64,000 bases of DNA. Origin: Candidatus Subterrananammoxibius californiae (GTDB lineage: Bacteria > Planctomycetota > Brocadiia > Brocadiales > Subterrananammoxibiaceae). This document shows, one piece after another, positions 48,777 to 58,942 of this stretch. The notes under the pieces were generated by a model. The model had not been told where the DNA came from and did no database searches. It was given only the letters and a program-made list of their open reading frames with translations. Within the stretch, counting starts at the first letter, position 1, and each line of letters opens with the position of its first letter. Position numbers and translations under genes: made by a program. Location of the stretch: NCBI GenBank assembly GCA_030586555.1, contig JAURAC010000008.1:1-64000 (forward strand). Direction: 5' to 3'.

Positions 48777-49799
48777 ATGAAAGGACTGAGGATTCTTGTA
48801 TTTCCAATAGTGATTCTTTTTTGTAGGGGGGTATTGCAATACGCCCCTACCTTAGCCGATGCTGCTGAAGTCATAAAGGTTGACGGTTCTTCAACGGTCT
48901 ATCCTATAACAGAAGCCGTTGCGGAGGAATTCCAGAAATCGGAGAGGGGAAAGACGAATGTAACCGTTGGTATTTCTGGCACTGGGGGTGGCTTTAAGAA
49001 GTTTGGTCTGGGCGAGACGGATATAAGCGACGCCTCAAGACCTATAAAGCCTACCGAGGTTGAACTCTGCAAGAAGAATGGCATAGAATACATTGAACTT
49101 CCTGTTGCATACGATGGCTTAGCAGTTATGGTAAATCCGAAGAATAATTGGATTGACTACTTGACCGTGAAGGAGTTAAAGAAGATATGGGAGCCAGAAG
49201 CCCAGAGGAAGATTACAAGGTGGAATCAAATTCGTCCTGACTGGCCGGATAAGGAGATACACCTCTTTGGTGCCGGGGTTGATTCTGGAACATACGACTA
49301 TTTTACAGAAGCCATTGTTGGCAAAGAGCATGCCAGCCGTGGAGACTATACTGCCAGCGAGGATGACAACGTCCTTGTTCAGGGGATAGCCACGGATGTA
49401 CTTGCCATAGGTTTCTTCGGGGTGGCATACTATGAGAATAATAAGGACAGGTTAAAGCTCGTGCCAATTGACGATGAAAACCCTGAAAATGGGAAGGGAC
49501 CAATTCTGCCGGAATATGAAGATGTACTGAATGGCACATACCAGCCGCTTGCAAGGCCGATATTTATCTATGTGAATAAGAAATCTGCCGAAAGACCTGA
49601 GATACAGAGATTTGTCGAATTTTATATGAAAGAGGGCGGTGAACTTTCAAAAGAGGTTGGTTACATTGCCTTGCCAGAGAAGGCTTATGAACTTGCTCTC
49701 GAGAGATTTAAAAAGCGCATGGTTGGGTCTGTGTTTGGTGGCAGAGGCTCACAGACTGGTGTGAAGATTGAGGATTTATTGCAAAAGGAAGCAAAATAA
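48777..49799 (+). CDS. pstS: Phosphate ABC transporter substrate-binding protein
   Basis: [22 protein letters not shown]. Confidence 0.95.
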   Translation: MKGLRILVFPIVILFCRGVLQYAPTLADAAEVIKVDGSSTVYPITEAVAEEFQKSERGKTNVTVGISGTGGGFKKFGLGETDISDASRPIKPTEVELCKKNGIEYIELPVAYDGLAVMVNPKNNWIDYLTVKELKKIWEPEAQRKITRWNQIRPDWPDKEIHLFGAGVDSGTYDYFTEAIVGKEHASRGDYTASEDDNVLVQGIATDVLAIGFFGVAYYENNKDRLKLVPIDDENPENGKGPILPEYEDVLNGTYQPLARPIFIYVNKKSAERPEIQRFVEFYMKEGGELSKEVGYIALPEKAYELALERFKKRMVGSVFGGRGSQTGVKIEDLLQKEAK

Positions 49800-49801
49800 A
49801 A

Positions 49802-50695
49802 TTGGGTTACAGACGAGTACAAAAAGTAAAAGAAAGGCTTATTGAGAGGGTGCTTTTTTTGAGTGCCCTCTTTTCTTTTTTTATAACATTCGGGATAGTA
49901 GGTGTTCTAATATTTGAGACCTTTGAGTTTTTTAAGGTAGTATCAATTATTGACTTTTTAATTGATACCCAGTGGACGCCACTTTTTGCCGAGAAGCACT
50001 TCGGCATTCTTGCGCTTTTTGCAGGCACATTCCTTACGACCATTATAGCCATGGCGGTGGCATTACCCGTTGGACTTATATGCGCAATCTACCTGAGTGA
50101 ATATGCACCTGCTAAAGTGAGGACTGTAACAAAACCAATCCTTGAGGTCTTGGGAGCAGTTCCTACTGTCGTTTATGGCTACTTTGCATTGCTCTTTGTT
50201 ACGCCGCTATTACAGCGGTTCATCCCTGGACTTTCTGGTTTTAACGCCTTGAGTCCAGGAATAGTTATGGGTGTAATGATAATTCCTATAGTCTCCTCCC
50301 TGAGTGAGGATGCAATGCATGTCGTACCAATGAGTTTAAAAGAGGGCGCACTTGCGCTCGGCTCAACGAGGTTTCAAGTTGCACTAAAGGTTGTTGTACC
50401 GGCGGCGTTTTCAGGCATTGCAGCATCGTTTATATTAGGTATATCAAGGGCAATTGGTGAGACGATGATTGTTGCTGTTGCCGCAGGATTACAGCCACGA
50501 CTTACATTGAATCCTCTTGTTCCAATAGAGACCATAACGGCTTATATCGTACAGGTAAGCCTCGGTGATACACCTGCGGGAACGCTTGAATACAGGACAA
50601 TATTTGCAGCAGGCATGTGTTTATTTGTGGTTACTTTTGTTACAAATGTATTTGGCTACTTACTAAGGAGAAGGTTCAGAGAAGTATATGAATAA
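49802..50695 (+). CDS. pstC: Phosphate ABC permease
   Basis: [27 protein letters not shown]. Confidence 0.95.
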   Translation: MGYRRVQKVKERLIERVLFLSALFSFFITFGIVGVLIFETFEFFKVVSIIDFLIDTQWTPLFAEKHFGILALFAGTFLTTIIAMAVALPVGLICAIYLSEYAPAKVRTVTKPILEVLGAVPTVVYGYFALLFVTPLLQRFIPGLSGFNALSPGIVMGVMIIPIVSSLSEDAMHVVPMSLKEGALALGSTRFQVALKVVVPAAFSGIAASFILGISRAIGETMIVAVAAGLQPRLTLNPLVPIETITAYIVQVSLGDTPAGTLEYRTIFAAGMCLFVVTFVTNVFGYLLRRRFREVYE

Positions 50696-50824
50696 CCCCC
50701 CCCCTTTCTCCCCTCTTGATAGAGGGGAGACCTCTATTGCTCCCCTCTAAAAAGAGGGGATTGGGGTGTGTTTCGCAACGGCATCCGCCTGAGGCGGACT
50801 GTACTCCGTAACAAATGGAAAATT

Positions 50825-51721
50825 ATGAGCAGAAAATTTCTGAATAAAGTGTATGACAAATCATTTTCTGTTGTCGGCATTCTTGCAACCTTTTTTGGTC
50901 TTGCTGTACTTTTGGTGCTTATAATTGATGTTGTTACTGACGGTGCTTCAAGACTCGGCTGGCAGTTCTTTACAAGCTATCCATCAAGAAAACCAGAAAA
51001 TGCAGGTATACTTTCTTCATGGGTTGGTACTGTAAGTATTGTAGCGCTGACAGGTATTATTACATTTCCCCTGGGTGTTGCGGCAGCAATATATCTTGAG
51101 GAATATAGTAGAAAGAACTGGCTCAGGGATTTTATAGAGATAAATATTGCAAACCTTGCCGGCGTACCTTCTATCATCTACGGCTTGCTGGGACTGGGAC
51201 TTTTTGTAAGATTAATGAACATGGGCAGGAGCCTTATAGCAGGAGCAATGACCCTTGCGATACTTGTGCTCCCGATTGTAATACTTTCAACAAGAGAAGC
51301 CTTAAGGGCAGTACCTTTATCAATTAGAGAGGCATCGTATGCACTGGGCGCAACCAAGTGGCAGACTATCAGAAATCAGGTACTGCCTTCCGCAATATCA
51401 GGTATCCTGACAGGGATGATTCTTGCAATGTCGAGGGCAATAGGTGAGACGGCGCCACTTATAACGATAGGCGCTTTAACCTACGTTGCATTCTTACCCA
51501 CAAGCCCGGTATCGTTAGAGTTTCCTTATATAAATTTTCAGTGGCTTTTTGACGCCTTTACAGCCCTGCCAATCCAGATATTTAACTGGGTCTCACGCCC
51601 TCAAAAAGGCTTTTCAATAAATGCAGCGGCTGGTATAATAGTGCTTCTTATAATTACGTTGCTTATGAACTCAGTTGCGATATATTTAAGACACAAGTAT
51701 GAAAAAAAGACAAGGTGGTAA
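50825..51721 (+). CDS. pstA: Phosphate ABC permease
   Basis: [32 protein letters not shown]. Confidence 0.95.
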   Translation: MSRKFLNKVYDKSFSVVGILATFFGLAVLLVLIIDVVTDGASRLGWQFFTSYPSRKPENAGILSSWVGTVSIVALTGIITFPLGVAAAIYLEEYSRKNWLRDFIEINIANLAGVPSIIYGLLGLGLFVRLMNMGRSLIAGAMTLAILVLPIVILSTREALRAVPLSIREASYALGATKWQTIRNQVLPSAISGILTGMILAMSRAIGETAPLITIGALTYVAFLPTSPVSLEFPYINFQWLFDAFTALPIQIFNWVSRPQKGFSINAAAGIIVLLIITLLMNSVAIYLRHKYEKKTRW

Positions 51722-51726
51722 AAGTA

Positions 51727-52596
51727 ATGGCAGATAGTACGCTTAAGGTTGAAAGATTAAATGCTCTTCGTCCTGAGGGTGAAAAACAGGTTCCCAGGCT
51801 TGCTTTTCATGGCTTAAAGGACCCACCGGCGGGGGTACTAATGCTTACTGCATTCAAGATTGAGGGATTAAGTGCTTTCTATGGCGAGAAGCAGGTATTA
51901 AAAGGTGTGAGCCTTGAGATACTTGCAAAATCTGTCACCGCTGTCATAGGTCCTTCAGGCTGTGGAAAGAGTACATTCATCAGGTGTTTAAACAGGATGA
52001 ATGACTTAATACCAACGTTCAAGCTTGACGGTAAAATCCTATATAACGGAACAGATATAAATTCAAAAGAAATTGATGTTGTTGATATTAGAAGGCAGAT
52101 AGGCATGGTCTTTCAGAAGCCGAACCCATTTCCAAAGAGTGTCTATGAAAATATCGCCTACGGACTAAGAATTCAGGGGATAAAAAACAGGAAGGTCCTT
52201 GACAGCGTTGTCGAAGAAAGTCTGAAAAAAGCAGCAATATGGGATGAGGTAAAGGATAGACTCTATGACTCTGCACTTTCTCTTTCGGGTGGCCAACAGC
52301 AAAGACTCTGCATAGCAAGGGCGCTCGCTGTTAAGCCGGAGGTTATCCTGATGGATGAACCTTGCTCTGCCCTTGACCCCACTGCCACTGCAAAGATTGA
52401 AGAGCTAATGGCTGATTTAAAATCTTCGTATACCGTAATCATTGTCACACACAATATGCAGCAGGCAGCCAGGGTTTCTGATAATGCAGCTTTCCTACTT
52501 CATGGAGAACTTATTGAATATGACCTTACTGAAAGGATGTTTACCAATCCTCAGAAGAAGGTTACCGAAGATTATATTACTGGACGATTTGGATAA
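51727..52596 (+). CDS. pstB: Phosphate ABC ATPase
   Basis: [32 protein letters not shown]. Confidence 0.96.
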   Translation: MADSTLKVERLNALRPEGEKQVPRLAFHGLKDPPAGVLMLTAFKIEGLSAFYGEKQVLKGVSLEILAKSVTAVIGPSGCGKSTFIRCLNRMNDLIPTFKLDGKILYNGTDINSKEIDVVDIRRQIGMVFQKPNPFPKSVYENIAYGLRIQGIKNRKVLDSVVEESLKKAAIWDEVKDRLYDSALSLSGGQQQRLCIARALAVKPEVILMDEPCSALDPTATAKIEELMADLKSSYTVIIVTHNMQQAARVSDNAAFLLHGELIEYDLTERMFTNPQKKVTEDYITGRFG

Positions 52597-52646
52597 TATG
52601 TGATACGCTGTAAAAGTAAAGGCAAAAAGGCAAAAAGGGGTAAACT

Positions 52647-53324
52647 ATGACAAAGCGTTTTGAAGAAGAGCTTGCGGAACTTAAGAAATGTACCCTTAAA
52701 ATGGGCAACCTTGTAGAGATAGCTATAAGTAAGTCAATAAAGGCGCTCCTTGATAGGGATGTAAAATTAGCCGAGGAAGTTATTGGTGCAGATGATGACA
52801 TTAATCATATAGAAATAGTTATTGATGAGAAGTGTCTTGATTTGCTTGCCCTTCGCCAGCCTGTTGCAATTGATTTACGGTTTATCGCTGCAATCATGAA
52901 AATGAATGGTGAACTTGAAAGAATTGGCGACCTGGCGGTAAACATTGCCGAAAGGGCGAAATATCTTGCAACGCAACCAGAGCTTAAGATATCTTTAGAC
53001 TTCACGAGGATGATGGAATTTACTCAAAAGATGGTTAGGGAAAGCCTCGATGCCCTTGTAAACAAGGATGCAAAACTGGCACGAAAAGTCTGCCTGGAGG
53101 ATGATGTTGTTGATGACCTCAACAGGCAAATGTTCCTCGAACTAATAGAGCACATGAAGGAAGACCCGGAAACCATAGAACGCTCCACGCACCTTATGCT
53201 TGTCTCAAGACACCTTGAGCGGATTGCAGACCAGGCAACTAATATTGCTGAAGATGTGGTTTATATGGTCGAAGGCAAGATTATTAAACATCATGCAGAA
53301 GACTACTGCACAATACCCAGGTAA
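52647..53324 (+). CDS. phoU: Phosphate signalling protein
   Basis: RQPVAIDLR, LERIGD, LERIAD..TNIAE. Confidence 0.95.
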   Translation: MTKRFEEELAELKKCTLKMGNLVEIAISKSIKALLDRDVKLAEEVIGADDDINHIEIVIDEKCLDLLALRQPVAIDLRFIAAIMKMNGELERIGDLAVNIAERAKYLATQPELKISLDFTRMMEFTQKMVRESLDALVNKDAKLARKVCLEDDVVDDLNRQMFLELIEHMKEDPETIERSTHLMLVSRHLERIADQATNIAEDVVYMVEGKIIKHHAEDYCTIPR

Positions 53325-53371
53325 AAGGTTAAGGGATCAACAAATTTTTTGCCTTTTTACCTCTTAGCCTT

Positions 53372-53956
53372 CTACCATCTGAGCCTTTGTTCAATTCTGG
53401 TATTGTATCTGTCACCCCATGGTAAAAGTTTAAGGGCTTGAACCCGTTCTTCCTTTTCATCCTTTGCCTTGCTGAACAGGATATTAAACTGCTGCTGGCC
53501 AAGTTTCATGCGTTCGAGATTTTTTTTGGCTTGAAAATCCTCCGGGTAGAGCTTAAGCGCCTCAACATACCCCGAAGCAGCATTGGCATAGTCCATTTCT
53601 GTTGCCATGATATTAGCCATGTTATAGATTGTCTTTGCCTTCAACATTGGGTCATTACTTTGGGTTGCCTTCCTAAAACATGGTTGCGCATCCTTGGAGT
53701 TACCGAGCAGCATAAATGCCACACCTGTGTTGTAGGAAAGCACGGGGTCTTCCCTGTCTAATAATTTCAGGAATTTATTAACCTTTGAAGATTTGGCTTG
53801 CTGCAGATGCTCTAAGGCTGCAACATACCTTCCCATCTTAATGTCCCTTTCGGCTTCAGCAACAAGATGGTACTGATTACGAAAGGCAAAGCCATAGGCA
53901 ATCATCCCGATGGCTAAAGCAACGGATGATAACTTTATAATATTCTTCGTTTCCAT
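53372..53956 (-). CDS. TPR protein (BatC/MxaK-like)
   Basis: N-terminal TM, YNTG, YNMAN, AKKNLE. Confidence 0.65.
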   Translation of the reverse strand: METKNIIKLSSVALAIGMIAYGFAFRNQYHLVAEAERDIKMGRYVAALEHLQQAKSSKVNKFLKLLDREDPVLSYNTGVAFMLLGNSKDAQPCFRKATQSNDPMLKAKTIYNMANIMATEMDYANAASGYVEALKLYPEDFQAKKNLERMKLGQQQFNILFSKAKDEKEERVQALKLLPWGDRYNTRIEQRLRW

Positions 53957-54030
53957 TTAAAACGTCCTAATAAGATTGTATAATGGAAATTATAAATTTA
54001 AAATTTCCAAATTTCAATTGATTTTACTAT

Positions 54031-55044
54031 TTACGGAATTTTAAGCCATATATTTTCAACTGCTATCATGCCAAGCAAAAAGAATAAACTCGCCATGGCA
54101 GGATAAAAAAAGATGTCCCTTTTCTTTGAAACTGTTTCTATTACAATTTTATCCGCCTCAATTTTATCTACCTCGTTGTAAAATCTCTGTACATCCTCAT
54201 ACTTTTCCCCTTCAAAGTAATGCCCGCCTGTGGATTCTGCGCCCTTCTTGAGAGCGGCTATTCTTTCCGCTGCCTGGTTTGGTTCAACGCCTGTCTCTGC
54301 CGATGGGTTTACGGTAATGACATGCACCCTTATACCAAGCCTTTGAGCAAGCCGTAACGGCCTTTCCGGGTCTATTCCAACATTGTATATTCCATCGGTA
54401 AAGAGTATAATAAGCTTGTTTTTCTGTGTGCCAATTTCTCTAACTAACGAGAGTGCATACTCCCCTAACTGTCGTTTGTTTATGCTGTCCCTTATCTTTC
54501 TTATCTCAAATTTATTCCCCATTTCCTTTTCTATTAAGGCTGTAATGGATGTAAAAATCCCCTCGCCAATAGCCGTGCGGTAGCCAATCTGCGAGGCGTC
54601 AATTCGGTCCACTGATTTTTCGATTAAGGAATATTCATTGGTGGGTAATACTATAAGGGCGGCATCTGTTCCATAGATTGTAATACCGATTAAATCGTTT
54701 ACCCTTTTCTTTGCAAAATCCTTAACGGCGTTCTTAATAGCTTGCATAGCCTTACCTGTCATGCTAAATGATGTATCAATTGCAAGTATCATCTCACGTC
54801 CCTGCAATACAAATTCTGTTTCCTGATAACTCGTCTGCGGACGCGCTACGGCAACGCTTGCAAATAGTATTGCAAAAAGTAAAAACCGTCTCGGCAAGCG
54901 TAACAGAATCTTTCCAAATCCCCTTACTTCGTTAAGGTTTGCTGTGCTGGAATATTCTACGTACCTCCTTTCACCCCTGAAAAGGGAAAGCAATATGAAA
55001 AATAACGGTATAAGTAAAAGTGCAAAGGGATTAGCAAAATTCAT
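54031..55044 (-). CDS. vWA-domain membrane protein (BatA/MxaC-like)
   Basis: MNFANP, ARPQ, MIDAS DTSFSM, TAIGEG, FTDG. Confidence 0.85.
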   Translation of the reverse strand: MNFANPFALLLIPLFFILLSLFRGERRYVEYSSTANLNEVRGFGKILLRLPRRFLLFAILFASVAVARPQTSYQETEFVLQGREMILAIDTSFSMTGKAMQAIKNAVKDFAKKRVNDLIGITIYGTDAALIVLPTNEYSLIEKSVDRIDASQIGYRTAIGEGIFTSITALIEKEMGNKFEIRKIRDSINKRQLGEYALSLVREIGTQKNKLIILFTDGIYNVGIDPERPLRLAQRLGIRVHVITVNPSAETGVEPNQAAERIAALKKGAESTGGHYFEGEKYEDVQRFYNEVDKIEADKIVIETVSKKRDIFFYPAMASLFFLLGMIAVENIWLKIP

Positions 55045-55045
55045 A

Positions 55046-56458
55046 TCACCCTCTACTTGTTACCGTAACATCTTCTTTTGGTCCGCCTGAGGCGGACAAG
55101 AGTTCTTCGACCTCGCCAAGGAGTTTTTCCACCGCAGCCTTTTCAATAATCCCGCCAAAAATCATCAAGTCCAGATGTTTCAGCGTACCCTGAGCCTGTT
55201 CAACAAACTCCCTGGAAAGTTTTTTAGAAAGGTAGTCATTAACGAATTGAGAGGTAGTCAGAGAAAGCGCCCTTTCACGGGGAATACCAACCAACGTCCC
55301 AAGAAATACCCTTAACGCCGTATCTATACCAGCAACAAATTCCTTCTCCTCGTATTTTCTTTCACCTGAGCGATAAGAGGATACAAGGCTGCTAAGTCTT
55401 TCTGCCGATGCCTTACTTGTATCAATAATGGGCGCTTTAGGTCTTAACGAGATATTTTTTGATACCCGCCTGAGCTCAATTACACCAATAAAAACCAATA
55501 TGCCTATTCCCAAGAATATTGGAAGATAAGTTCGCTTACAAAAAATATACTTTGAGTAGACAACAGGCCCCTTAACGCCTTCAAGGGGGACGTCTACAGT
55601 TTTCAGCAGTCTATTTATAAGCACTGGAACAGGCGGGGTCTTAAACTCTTTGGTTTCAAGCGCGCCCTTTTCAGCCCTGTAGACCTTATGCGCTACATCT
55701 GGTTCAATATAATAAATTACAGGAATCGCTGGAATCTCATAGCTCTGCTTTTCTGTGCCGACTTCATATATTGCAAGAGAATACTCTATTACGGTACTTT
55801 CGAGATTGCTTGTTGTACTCTTATGAATCCTGGTATTAAGAAGCTCTAATGGTTCAAAATTAAATCTTTCAAGATTTTCAAAAAGTACCTTTACACCTTT
55901 CTCGTTAAGGATAGTTAGCGTATAATGAATGCGGTCACCTATATCAAAAACATCCTTATCAAGCCTTGTTTCCACCAGTATCGGTACCTTTCTTACAGTT
56001 ACGGGGGAGGAAGAAGCCATCCCGCTCGTCTTATCTACCTCGTTAAAGTAGGGAACAGAAAACGATGGTATAATGTATTCGCCATGCTTTAAATCGTCCG
56101 GTAACGAGAGCAAATATTGAATTACTCTGAAATCCCTGGTGTTTTCAAAAATCTCCCTTTCCCCAATTGTTATCTGCTCAATCTTAAACGGGCTTAAATC
56201 AACCCTTGTAAGGCTGTCGAGGTCTGCCTTTACTCCAAGTTTCCAGACAACCTGCGCTGTAAGGGTTATCATCTTTTCTGAAATAATCCTTGGGTTATCT
56301 AAAAACACCCAGACCTCTAACGGATTCTCCGTGGTTGGCACTTCTTGTGTCTGCGGAGCATCGGTATATTGGGCTGGCGATATTTCTGAAAAACCCAGCA
56401 AGACCGACAAAAGCATTACTACAACCAATAAGATATTTTTTATTTTCTTACTCTCCAC
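55046..56458 (-). CDS. Membrane-anchored protein with two tandem Ig-like domains (BatD/MxaA-like)
   Basis: Signal peptide, internal duplication (VIQYLLS...YIIP / VIEYSLA...YEIP), C-terminal TM. Confidence 0.55.
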   Translation of the reverse strand: MESKKIKNILLVVVMLLSVLLGFSEISPAQYTDAPQTQEVPTTENPLEVWVFLDNPRIISEKMITLTAQVVWKLGVKADLDSLTRVDLSPFKIEQITIGEREIFENTRDFRVIQYLLSLPDDLKHGEYIIPSFSVPYFNEVDKTSGMASSSPVTVRKVPILVETRLDKDVFDIGDRIHYTLTILNEKGVKVLFENLERFNFEPLELLNTRIHKSTTSNLESTVIEYSLAIYEVGTEKQSYEIPAIPVIYYIEPDVAHKVYRAEKGALETKEFKTPPVPVLINRLLKTVDVPLEGVKGPVVYSKYIFCKRTYLPIFLGIGILVFIGVIELRRVSKNISLRPKAPIIDTSKASAERLSSLVSSYRSGERKYEEKEFVAGIDTALRVFLGTLVGIPRERALSLTTSQFVNDYLSKKLSREFVEQAQGTLKHLDLMIFGGIIEKAAVEKLLGEVEELLSASGGPKEDVTVTSRG

Positions 56459-57300
56459 CTTCTTCTCATCCTTTTCTCAAAAAAATCCGAGAGTATCTTA
56501 ATCCAGCATTCTTCATGCTCATCGGTTCTTGCAACAAGATAGTCCATGTTTAATTGTTTAAAAAGGTTGCTATAATGGGGCTTATTTTCTAACCCGTTAG
56601 ACAAATTAACAAATTTTATCTCTCCAGTCTCAAGGTCTCTTAAAGAGAGAAATCCTTTTCCTCCCGGGATTTCCACCTCCCTTTTATCTGTAATAACAAT
56701 AGGCACAACATCGTGTTTCTGCGAAAGGATTCTCATTGAGCCTTCGTAATTGTACGGGGCAAGGAAATCGGAAAGAATGAATACAAGGCACGGAGCGAGA
56801 TTCAAGTCATTTAAAAACTTGAGGGCGCAATTCAGGTCAGTAAGAGAACCACTTGTCCTTTCATACCTCATGCGGTCAACAATTCTTAGAATCCATCGTT
56901 CACCCGGTTGGGGGGGGAGATACCTTTCTATCCTATCCGTAAATGTAACAATTCCCACCTCGTTTCCAGAATCAGATGCAGCATAAATCAGCAATCGCAG
57001 AATAGAATCCTGTACATCTTCTTTCGTATGAAATGGAGAACTGCTGAAATATTCTGACTTACTTCTATCAATTAGAAATATTATTATTGCCCTTTTGTCA
57101 ATGAGCTTTACCCTTGTGTGAAGCTCTCCAGTTCTTGCGGTGGTTTTCCAGTCTATGGAGCGGAAATCATCCCCTGGCTGATATTGCCTTAACTCATCAA
57201 GCTCCAACCCTCTTACACTGCTCATGGAACTGGAAAAAACACCTTCAAACAGATTAACCACAAGCCGTTCCATGTAAAGTCTTATTTTGCTTTTTACCAT
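56440..57300 (-). CDS. DUF58 protein
   Basis: GLELDELRQYQPGDD.RSIDW, DRSKS, LSDF. Confidence 0.9.
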   Translation of the reverse strand: MVKSKIRLYMERLVVNLFEGVFSSSMSSVRGLELDELRQYQPGDDFRSIDWKTTARTGELHTRVKLIDKRAIIIFLIDRSKSEYFSSSPFHTKEDVQDSILRLLIYAASDSGNEVGIVTFTDRIERYLPPQPGERWILRIVDRMRYERTSGSLTDLNCALKFLNDLNLAPCLVFILSDFLAPYNYEGSMRILSQKHDVVPIVITDKREVEIPGGKGFLSLRDLETGEIKFVNLSNGLENKPHYSNLFKQLNMDYLVARTDEHEECWIKILSDFFEKRMRRRWRVRK

Positions 57301-58280
57301 TCCAGTCTTGGAACTTTCTTTAGAATCATGCCAATAATGTCATCAGATACCACGCCTTGCGATTCCGCCTCATGCGAAAGGATTATCCTGTGCCTCAGGG
57401 TGGGATATGCCATCTCGTGAACGTGCTCAGGCAAAACAACACCATCCTCCTTCAGAAAGGCATAAACCCTTGCAGCCTTTGCAAGGGCAATTGAGGCACG
57501 AGGCGATGCCCCATACATTACAAGGTCCTTGACCTCTTTTTCGTCTGTTTCTTCAGGCCTTGTTGCCCTTACTATGCGTGTTGCGTATCTAACAATTGGG
57601 GAGCTTTCGTACAGCGGCTGCTGCTGTGCGATAAGATGCCTTAGCGAGATTAAATCATCCGGGCTAAAAACAGGCTTCAAATCAACAACCTCATCCTTCA
57701 CCTGTCGTTCAGTAATTTCCCTTTCCTCAGCATAAGAAGGGTAACTAATGTTTAGTTTTAGCATAAACCTGTCTATTTCCGCTTCTGGCAGTAGGTATGT
57801 GCCAGCTATTTCTATAGGGTTTTGTGTGGCTAACACGAGAAAAATTTTCTCCAGCGGGTAACTTGCTTTCCCTATTGTTACCTGCCTTTCCTGCATTGCC
57901 TCCAGTAGTGCGCTTTGCACCTTTGCAGGGGCACGATTAATCTCGTCTGCAAGAAGGATATTTGTAAATACAGGACCCTTTTGTACTGAGCATTTCAAGG
58001 TTCCTGGGTCATACATCTCAAAGCCGGTAATATCACCAGGTATTAAATCAGGGGTAAACTGCACCCTATGAAATTTTGCGTTTATAACCCTTGCAAATGT
58101 CTTTACTGTTACAGTCTTTCCAAGTCCAGGATAACCCTCTATGAGGATATGACCGTCGGAAAAAAGCCCAACCATTATGCTTTCTATTAACTCCTTCTGC
58201 CCAACAATAACCTTTTCTATCTCAAGAAGCATGCTATCAATTTTCTCTTTTACTTCCTCCCTTTGTGCTATAAGCGTCAA
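57294..58280 (-). CDS. moxR: MoxR-family AAA+ ATPase
   Basis: GYPGLGKT, RVQFTPDL, DEINRA, ATQNPIE, GASPRA. Confidence 0.93.
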   Translation of the reverse strand: MTLIAQREEVKEKIDSMLLEIEKVIVGQKELIESIMVGLFSDGHILIEGYPGLGKTVTVKTFARVINAKFHRVQFTPDLIPGDITGFEMYDPGTLKCSVQKGPVFTNILLADEINRAPAKVQSALLEAMQERQVTIGKASYPLEKIFLVLATQNPIEIAGTYLLPEAEIDRFMLKLNISYPSYAEEREITERQVKDEVVDLKPVFSPDDLISLRHLIAQQQPLYESSPIVRYATRIVRATRPEETDEKEVKDLVMYGASPRASIALAKAARVYAFLKEDGVVLPEHVHEMAYPTLRHRIILSHEAESQGVVSDDIIGMILKKVPRLEW

Positions 58281-58942
58281 GTTCCCACCTCACTAATGAT
58301 TTATTATGTAATTATGTAATATAGTCTAAGATTTAACACCGAATACTGCATTTTTATATATAATATATTCTTTCAAATCAATTAACAAGTATTTTTCACC
58401 AAATGAATTCGCAAAAAATATACCTCCATTTTTCTCTGGAAGCGTCGTGGGTAGATTGGTGGAAAAAACAAGCCGACCCACGCCAGATGCGTGAGTGCCT
58501 GGACTGGCTTTTTTCTCCTTTAAAAGTAAAAATTATCTCTTGCAAAAGCATTAATTATATGTTATAAATACAAACTATATTTTAAACATTTTCACTAAGT
58601 TAAAGTTTTACGGTATAGAAAGTGGCTTTTTTTAGCCATTCTGGCACTTTTCATAAGAAGAAACGTTAGCCTGATAGCAATAAAAGCACCGCAGGTGTTT
58701 CAGCTTTATAAATTGCTAAGTATTAAAAGATAAAAGGTATTAGATGTTATTGAATGTATTGACTATATACGCCACCGTGTAAAATGACTGTTGGCATAAT
58801 ATATTTAATAACAGCAAAAAGTTGTCCAACGAAGCTAAGCTGGCGGCAAAAGGGGGAGGTTGTGCGCCTGAGGCGGACGCTGGCTTTTTAATAATAGTTA
58901 TTTTAATTTTAAGGTGTTGTTTTTGTTAGAAAGGGGATAGCA

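Noticed and set aside
58441..58512. ZTP (pfl) riboswitch-like hairpin
   Set aside because: Only a gcctgg fragment resembles the consensus and the downstream genes do not fit
58790..58808. Sigma-54 promoter (ttggcataatatattt) before the glutamate-synthase-like gene
   Set aside because: -24 GG present but the -12 GC is missing
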